NCBI GenBank assembly: GCA_038817885.1 | Contig: JAWAZE010000001.1 | Location: 86,126 to 150,125, forward strand | DNA: 64,000 nt | Source of the DNA: Candidatus Bathyarchaeia archaeon | GTDB taxonomy: Archaea > Thermoproteota > Bathyarchaeia > Bathyarchaeales > DTEX01 | Direction of reading: 5' to 3' | Part shown: positions 58,386-64,000 of the stretch, piece by piece | Numbering within the stretch: the stretch's first letter is position 1 | Layout: each line of letters begins with the position of its first letter | Position numbers and translations under genes: made by a program | Notes under the pieces: generated by a model | The model's database searches: none | What the model saw: only the letters and a program-made list of their open reading frames with translations | What the model was told of the DNA's origin: nothing

Positions 58386-59567
58386 TTAGAATGGTTTTTG
58401 TGGGTTTAGAAAGGCGAAGAAGGCTTTAATGGCCTCAATGCTCTCATCATCTTCTGCAATCCTCTCCAAAACTCTCCCCTCAATCTCAGATACAAATTCT
58501 TCAGTGAATTTTGAGGAAATGTTTACGAGACTGTCCACTAAATCCAAGGCTAGTGGGAGGTTCGTTGCTTCATTGAATAAATCCTCCTCTGACAATACTT
58601 CCCTCAAATTCATTGTGTCAGGATACTCAAGCTCGCAGGGTGGAACACCCGTATAGAATCTGACCTGCGCCCTCCTCATCCGATCAAATCCATCTTTCGA
58701 TAATCCTAGTTTCTTAAAAGGCAGGTATACATCCCTTTCAGCTTCTTTAATTAAAGAATCTTTAACCAAATCAAAGAGTGCCGCTCTTTTTGAGGCAATA
58801 TGGGCAACTCTAGTATATATTGCTGGGTGCCGGTCTCTAATGATACTGCTATATTCAAAAAATGTTTTTTCGGACATCAGCAGTGAAAACATATGTTTAT
58901 CGAGGATGTTTATGAAGTCTTCGCAGCCACTCTCTAGAAGCAACCAGCCCCCGAGGATTCTGGAATGGCTCCTTTTTATAACACCAAGCACCTTCCCGCT
59001 TTTCCTCAGGTCCTCTGTTAAATTAAATATGTCCTCTATAACCTCCTTCTCTTTTCTCTCTAAGCGGCCGCTCTTCATAATGTCTAAGGCTGGGAAAACA
59101 AAGCTGTAGAAGCTTCCATCAATAAAGAGAAGGTCGCAGTCCTTTAATGCTTCTCGAGCAACTTTCCTTTCATTCTGAATTGTTATGAGATCAAATAAGT
59201 GTCTGCTGTTCTCTCTGGATAGGGCTTGCCTACACCTAAAGACGCCGGGCTCAAATTTCTCTCTCCTCTCATGGCCCTTCAAATAGACTATCCCAGTAGC
59301 GTAAACGCCATATTTTATACCGAGCCTTTCGCTAAGCTTCGGTGACCTTGAGCTATCAACAGACGCGATAACGGATCTTTTAGTTTGATCTGGAATCGGC
59401 TGGATATTCTTGGATAACGTGGCCTTAAGTTTCTTAAGGCTCATATTAATTCTTCTTATCACCTCAGATAGCTCATCAGCCTCCATCGCAGCCAGCTTGA
59501 AGAAGGCATTTTGTAAATCTACTGGCAGCTTAACCCATTCGGGAATCTCGTTTAATATTTCGCTCAT
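58386..59567 (-). CDS. nurA: NurA-family nuclease, copy 3
   Basis: SVDSS, FIDGSF, LGVIKRS, CELEYP, LPLALDLVD. Confidence 0.8.
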   Translation of the reverse strand: MSEILNEIPEWVKLPVDLQNAFFKLAAMEADELSEVIRRINMSLKKLKATLSKNIQPIPDQTKRSVIASVDSSRSPKLSERLGIKYGVYATGIVYLKGHERREKFEPGVFRCRQALSRENSRHLFDLITIQNERKVAREALKDCDLLFIDGSFYSFVFPALDIMKSGRLERKEKEVIEDIFNLTEDLRKSGKVLGVIKRSHSRILGGWLLLESGCEDFINILDKHMFSLLMSEKTFFEYSSIIRDRHPAIYTRVAHIASKRAALFDLVKDSLIKEAERDVYLPFKKLGLSKDGFDRMRRAQVRFYTGVPPCELEYPDTMNLREVLSEEDLFNEATNLPLALDLVDSLVNISSKFTEEFVSEIEGRVLERIAEDDESIEAIKAFFAFLNPQKPF

Positions 59568-59571
59568 CGAT

Positions 59572-61062
59572 TTATCCCGCTCCGGCCGGCGGATTATATG
59601 TTATTAGTAACGGCACTGGAGATGGATTCATAGCGCCAGCAAAATAAAATCTTCCCGGCCTAAGCTGTAGTAGATGGCTGGCTGATATTCCATATGGCGA
59701 TAACCACTCCGACGCCCCGCCCTCTCCGCTAGCGTCAAGCGGGTGTATTCTGCCAAAAAAGTGCGTATTCAGATTTCTTCTAACAGCGGCGTTCACCCCT
59801 ATCTCGCCCTTTATGCCTTGGGATATAAGCGTTAAGTTCAGCATTCTCTTCCTCCCAAGTGCGGCTAAGTTCTTTATCATCTCACATGTCTCTGCCTGTA
59901 TTCCCCGGGCATCCCACGGAGCGTATTGAGGTGCCTCATCTATTATAATAGTGATGCCGAGATTTTTTCCTAATTCCATTAGGCTGTATAGGTATCTTGA
60001 CAGCGATAGGAAGAAGCCTAGCTTGGCCTCCGTTAATGCGCCGCCCATGTCTATGGCCAATATACCCCTGCGCTCCAGCTCTATAAGAAGTTCTTCTATA
60101 CTTAAGATGCCCATGACTGGTTGTAGGTCTGAGGGTTTTAGTCTTCTGAATATTCTTCTAAGCGCTCTCTGGGCCGCTGTTCTTGAGACCCTGTGCTCTA
60201 TGCTGGCTACGGCATCCTCGATGTATCTTCTCATCTCTTTATACAGTTGTCCTGAGGGGTTCTCGGAGTTAAGGTATGCTTCCTTAACCTTCGCATGCCA
60301 CCCCTCTATAAATTCATCGAAAAGCTCTTTAATTGTTTCATTCCTTGAGAAGCTTAAGGTTTTGTTACTGAAATAGCTCAATATGGATTCTTCATCCAGA
60401 GCTATCTCTGATAGCTTGACGACTTCATCGCTCCTTAGCAGCGGCACGTAATCGCTCCCGCTCCAATCAAGTATGAGCACTTTATAGTCAACCCGCCTAT
60501 ACAGCGGAATAAGAATATACCTTGTGAACCAAGATTTCCCGCACCCGGTGCTTCCATATACGCCGGTGTGATATGATATAAAGTTTTTATCGAAAGGCAC
60601 CTTCCAGTTAGGGTGCCCCTCAATATAGGCGTCAGACCACACAACATCGCGGCCCTTGGCAATATATTCTAAAGGCTTATCATTCTCGTCCTCAAGTAGG
60701 TAGACCGGTGATCTAGGTTGAATTATCGTTCTATTCGGCTCTATACCCTCACTCGTTATAACGCCTATCGGCTCTATTGCAAACGAGTATACCTCTCTAG
60801 CACCTGAAGGCTCGCCGCCATGTCTCAAGTATGCGACGTCGGGCCTATAGGAAGTATAGCTTAGAAACTCATTTTTTCCAAGCCCCTCCCTTAAAACGCC
60901 AAGTATCTCATTAACCGTATTTGTCTCCCCGCCATTCTTGATTAAAACTAAGTCTTCGGCTACAACATGATTCTCCATGCCCTTAAGTAAAATAAGTCTA
61001 GCCTTTGTCTCCGTGGCCCCATCCGCAACTCTGCCGATAAGCTTCAATAACTCCCCCACCAA
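59572..61062 (-). CDS. herA: HerA-like ATPase, copy 3
   Basis: HAS-barrel-like N-terminus, Walker A GSTGCGKS, LDWSG, IDEAPQYAP, LGRKR, ISQG. Confidence 0.85.
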   Translation of the reverse strand: MVGELLKLIGRVADGATETKARLILLKGMENHVVAEDLVLIKNGGETNTVNEILGVLREGLGKNEFLSYTSYRPDVAYLRHGGEPSGAREVYSFAIEPIGVITSEGIEPNRTIIQPRSPVYLLEDENDKPLEYIAKGRDVVWSDAYIEGHPNWKVPFDKNFISYHTGVYGSTGCGKSWFTRYILIPLYRRVDYKVLILDWSGSDYVPLLRSDEVVKLSEIALDEESILSYFSNKTLSFSRNETIKELFDEFIEGWHAKVKEAYLNSENPSGQLYKEMRRYIEDAVASIEHRVSRTAAQRALRRIFRRLKPSDLQPVMGILSIEELLIELERRGILAIDMGGALTEAKLGFFLSLSRYLYSLMELGKNLGITIIIDEAPQYAPWDARGIQAETCEMIKNLAALGRKRMLNLTLISQGIKGEIGVNAAVRRNLNTHFFGRIHPLDASGEGGASEWLSPYGISASHLLQLRPGRFYFAGAMNPSPVPLLITYNPPAGAG

Positions 61063-61124
61063 TAGGCTTGAAATCTCATAAAAATTATTCTTAGTGGAGA
61101 GTATTAAGTGTTAGGATGCCTATG

Positions 61125-62168
61125 TTAAAGTTTAGGTGAGAACAATACTATCCAGGCTCTTAGGCCTCCGTGAAGTATCTCCCTGCTCTTAACGATGTCA
61201 TAGCTGATCTCCTTGGCAATATCCTCTAGAAGATCCTTGTGAATTGTGAGTAGGCAGATCCTTGAATCCTCCTTTATGAAACGCTTAAGTGATCTCAGAA
61301 AATCCGTATAAATTGAGGGGATCACTTTTAATCTGCCGCTCCTAATTCCAAAGGGGAGGTTCGAGATAACTTTGTCAGCCTTCCAGCCCTCAGGGAGAGC
61401 CTCCTCGAGTCTCCTCGCATCCCCAACAATAAACTTCACCTTATCTCTCACGCCAGCCGCTTCAGCATTCTTCCAAGCGCCCTCAATGCTTTTTGGGCTT
61501 ATATCGACGCCGATTAGCTCAAGGTCGCTCCAGACCTGAGCGGCCTCAATTATTATCGTGCCACCGCCACAGAATGGATCTAGAAGCCTCTCTCCAGATC
61601 TGACGCCAGCCGTCCTCAGCATTGCGTATGCTATTACCGGATTCAGAGCCGAGTAATGCTGGAAGGCCCTTGGGTAGCGTATTCTAAGGGAGGTCTTAGT
61701 CTTTTGCACGCCCACAATACATAAATTATGGAGGACGTCAACTCTAACGACGGTTTCAGGATTCTTAAGGTCCACCTTTCGGCCATACTTATCTACGAGC
61801 GCTTGGCCAGCAACCCTCTGGACATCTATGCTTGTATACTCGTGCGACCCGACCCTCTCACATGTAACCCTAAATGTTGAGCCGAGCGGTATATTGAGAC
61901 TATAAATGCCACTATAAATTTGATCCAAGCCACATCTATCGCTTTTAACATTAAATGCCCCTACCACCTCTATAATGTGCTCGATGCTCCTAAGCGTAAA
62001 CACTCTATTATATTGGCTGCCCCGCACCCTCAGCAGAACCCTACCACCAACATCACCAAACCTCAACACAGAATATAAAACATCAATTTTCTCGCTGGCC
62101 TCCTCCAGAACAATATCTTCTAACCCGGGTATAGTCGTAACCATAAAATCAACTGCATTATTAAACAT
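61125..62168 (-). CDS. trm14: THUMP-domain tRNA guanine-N2 methyltransferase (Trm14-like)
   Basis: TTIPGLE, THUMP TFRVTCERVG.H, LDPFCGGGT, NLPFG. Confidence 0.82.
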   Translation of the reverse strand: MFNNAVDFMVTTIPGLEDIVLEEASEKIDVLYSVLRFGDVGGRVLLRVRGSQYNRVFTLRSIEHIIEVVGAFNVKSDRCGLDQIYSGIYSLNIPLGSTFRVTCERVGSHEYTSIDVQRVAGQALVDKYGRKVDLKNPETVVRVDVLHNLCIVGVQKTKTSLRIRYPRAFQHYSALNPVIAYAMLRTAGVRSGERLLDPFCGGGTIIIEAAQVWSDLELIGVDISPKSIEGAWKNAEAAGVRDKVKFIVGDARRLEEALPEGWKADKVISNLPFGIRSGRLKVIPSIYTDFLRSLKRFIKEDSRICLLTIHKDLLEDIAKEISYDIVKSREILHGGLRAWIVLFSPKL

Positions 62169-62384
62169 AACCTAATACTATAATCTAGAGAAAAAACATA
62201 AAGCTTATCATAAAGCTGAGTAATTAGGCAAGAAAATGAAAGAACAAGTGACTTTATGGGCTTTGTCTGGATACTTTATTTCTTTTGTGTTTATTGGAGC
62301 AGGCATGTGTATTAGTGATAAATAATTCTTTTATTTAACCTTTATTTAAAGGGAAATTTTAGTTAGTTATGCCTTTATAAGTGG

Positions 62385-62718
62385 GGTTCTGGGTTAAGTA
62401 GGAATACATAGTGAATTGTTGCTTTCGTCTCCACTTAACCCTTCCCTCTCAATTATTTCATTGAGGGCTCTTTGGGGGAACCCTACTCCCCGCATCTGAA
62501 TGTTTAAAGCAGCTACAACATCTCTATCCATTATGAGGCTGCATTCTTCGCATTTCATAAGTCTGCCCAGTCTGTTCTGGAAGCATGGCTTCCTATCTGG
62601 GTAGACTTTAGAAGAGTTTTTAGGATTAACATATTTTACAGGCAACCCGTTCCAGAGGAGCTTGTATTCAAGCATGAATTGGAAAATTCTTGCATTCCAT
62701 TTTGAAAGCTTCCTATAT
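62385..62718 (-). mobile_element. tnpB: IS200/IS605 TnpB 3' fragment (pseudogene) with right end
   Basis: RKLSKWNARIFQFMLEYK, VNPKNSSK, degenerate Zn finger, RuvC-III MDRDVVAALNI; N-terminus missing. Confidence 0.8.
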
Positions 62719-62719
62719 T

Positions 62720-63142
62720 CTCTTTAGATTTTTTAAGGGTCTCTTTTCCGTGTTTTATGGCTGCTAAGGCTGTGAGTAGCATTGCCAAGATGCATAGCAG
62801 GGCTTGGATGAGAATGTTTCTTAGGCCTCTAACTTTGTGGTTTTCTAGGCTTAAATGGTGTTTTAGCCTTGAAATGGCTCTTTCAGCCGAAGCCTTGTAG
62901 GCGTAAAGCTTTTTCAGCCTTTCAGGACCATGAGCCCTAAAGCTTTTGTCTACGCGTAGAAACTCAGCTTCAACAGGCTTCTAATTTGAAGGATATGGTA
63001 TTACAGGTTTTACTCCATAACTGACTATGCATCTCCTAAGCTTTTGGCTTGAATATTGGGAATCAGCAACAAAAACCTTCGTTTGGCCGTTAGAGGCTTT
63101 AATGGCTTTCTTCAGCAGTTTTTAAGCATGTTTTTGTCTCAT
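62720..63142 (-). pseudogene. DDE transposase fragment (IS5/IS1182-like), disrupted
   Basis: VFVADSQYSS...PVIPYPSN*...YKASAERAISRLK..LSLENHKVRGLRN with in-frame TAA/TAG stops. Confidence 0.72.
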
Positions 63143-63291
63143 TTTTTGGGTTTTAGGCCGCTAATTTTTCCGTCCATTTTCTTATGTAGTTTTCATTTTC
63201 CTTCCTTGGTTTAAACTTGCATCTCTTCTATTAGTGGACCTAATGAAAAGATTCGCACTTATGCGATGAGTGATCAAATAATTTTTAATAG

Positions 63292-63669
63292 ATGGAGATT
63301 TTTATGAAGTCTAATTCTAAAATGATGCTAAAGGGAGCGCTGGATATGTCACAGATGTTTAGTTTTTCGAAGCATGCTAGGGAGAAGATGAAGGAGCGGG
63401 GAATAGGGATCGAGGATCTAAGAAGGGTTTTTGAGAGCCCCATGTTTAGATTCTACGATGTCGTGTCGAGAGCCGAAGTTATAATAGGCGAAGGCACCTT
63501 ATATAATATTAAAATCTTCCTCACAGTAATCTTTAGAAGAAAGGATGATAGTCTACATATTATTACAGTTTATCCGGTTAGAGATGCTGAGGAGGAAGTA
63601 AGGAGAAAGGTTAAATCTGGAAGGTGGATTCAGATTATAGGTGGGAGGAAAATTGAGGATAAATTATGA
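63292..63669 (+). CDS. DUF4258 (BrnT/RelE-like) putative toxin
   Basis: FSKHAREKMKERGI...IITVYP; real start probably near 63346. Confidence 0.75.
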   Translation: MEIFMKSNSKMMLKGALDMSQMFSFSKHAREKMKERGIGIEDLRRVFESPMFRFYDVVSRAEVIIGEGTLYNIKIFLTVIFRRKDDSLHIITVYPVRDAEEEVRRKVKSGRWIQIIGGRKIEDKL

Positions 63670-63853
63670 CGCTGAGGAAGACATCCTCTACATAGTCATT
63701 AGAGAGGGGCCGATAGTTGACAGCAAAGAGCTGGATGAGGACATTAGAGTAGAATATAATCTTAAGGGGGAGATAGCGGGAATAGAAATAATGAATGCAA
63801 GAAACATAGCTAAAGCAATAGCTAAGGAAATAGCAGCAATAATAAATAAATAA
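63641..63853 (+). CDS. DUF2283 putative antitoxin
   Basis: INYDAEEDILYI...GEIAGIEIMNA; overlaps DUF4258 gene. Confidence 0.8.
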   Translation: MGGKLRINYDAEEDILYIVIREGPIVDSKELDEDIRVEYNLKGEIAGIEIMNARNIAKAIAKEIAAIINK

Positions 63854-64000
63854 TGGGAATCTTCAATTTTTTACAGAGATAACTGCGCCTACCAGGTAAT
63901 CCCAGAGTATCCATCAATAACAATAATCCTCACATTAATAGCACTAACCACAACAATCACTATAGTATTATCGAAGAGAAAAACTATGAAAGATTAGATG

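Noticed and set aside
1-64000. CRISPR array, cas genes, rRNA genes, integrase
   Set aside because: No regularly spaced direct repeats, rRNA-like sequence or recombinase motifs were seen by eye.

Overview
Archaeal chromosomal segment, about 41% GC by eye. Gene content and style suggest Bathyarchaeia or a related TACK lineage (inference). It is mostly housekeeping: nop5-fibrillarin, pyrDK, pyrE, ileS, tldDE, dys, hom/ilvD, sufCB, speB, lsm-rpl37e-rps10, aCPSF1, egsA, FKBP PPIase, trm14 and an intron-containing tRNA-Ser(UGA). Redox genes are also present: FAD oxidases with a CCG protein, a HdrA-MvhD fusion, a polyferredoxin and LipS1/LipS2. The most striking feature is three divergent NurA-HerA nuclease/ATPase pairs with no mre11 or rad50 in the window. 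Two of them form a mirrored herA-nurA-(nitroreductase)-nurA-herA cluster in which one HerA lacks the arginine-finger motif. The third is divergent from an uncharacterised wHTH gene across a promoter with perfect palindromes. Other oddities are an IleRS with a swapped GVHH signature, a decayed KaiC/RAD55 locus next to the tRNA, an orphan structured leader, and a TnpB/DDE-transposase chimeric relic beside a DUF4258/DUF2283 toxin-antitoxin pair. All calls come from motif recognition by eye; no database searches were run.
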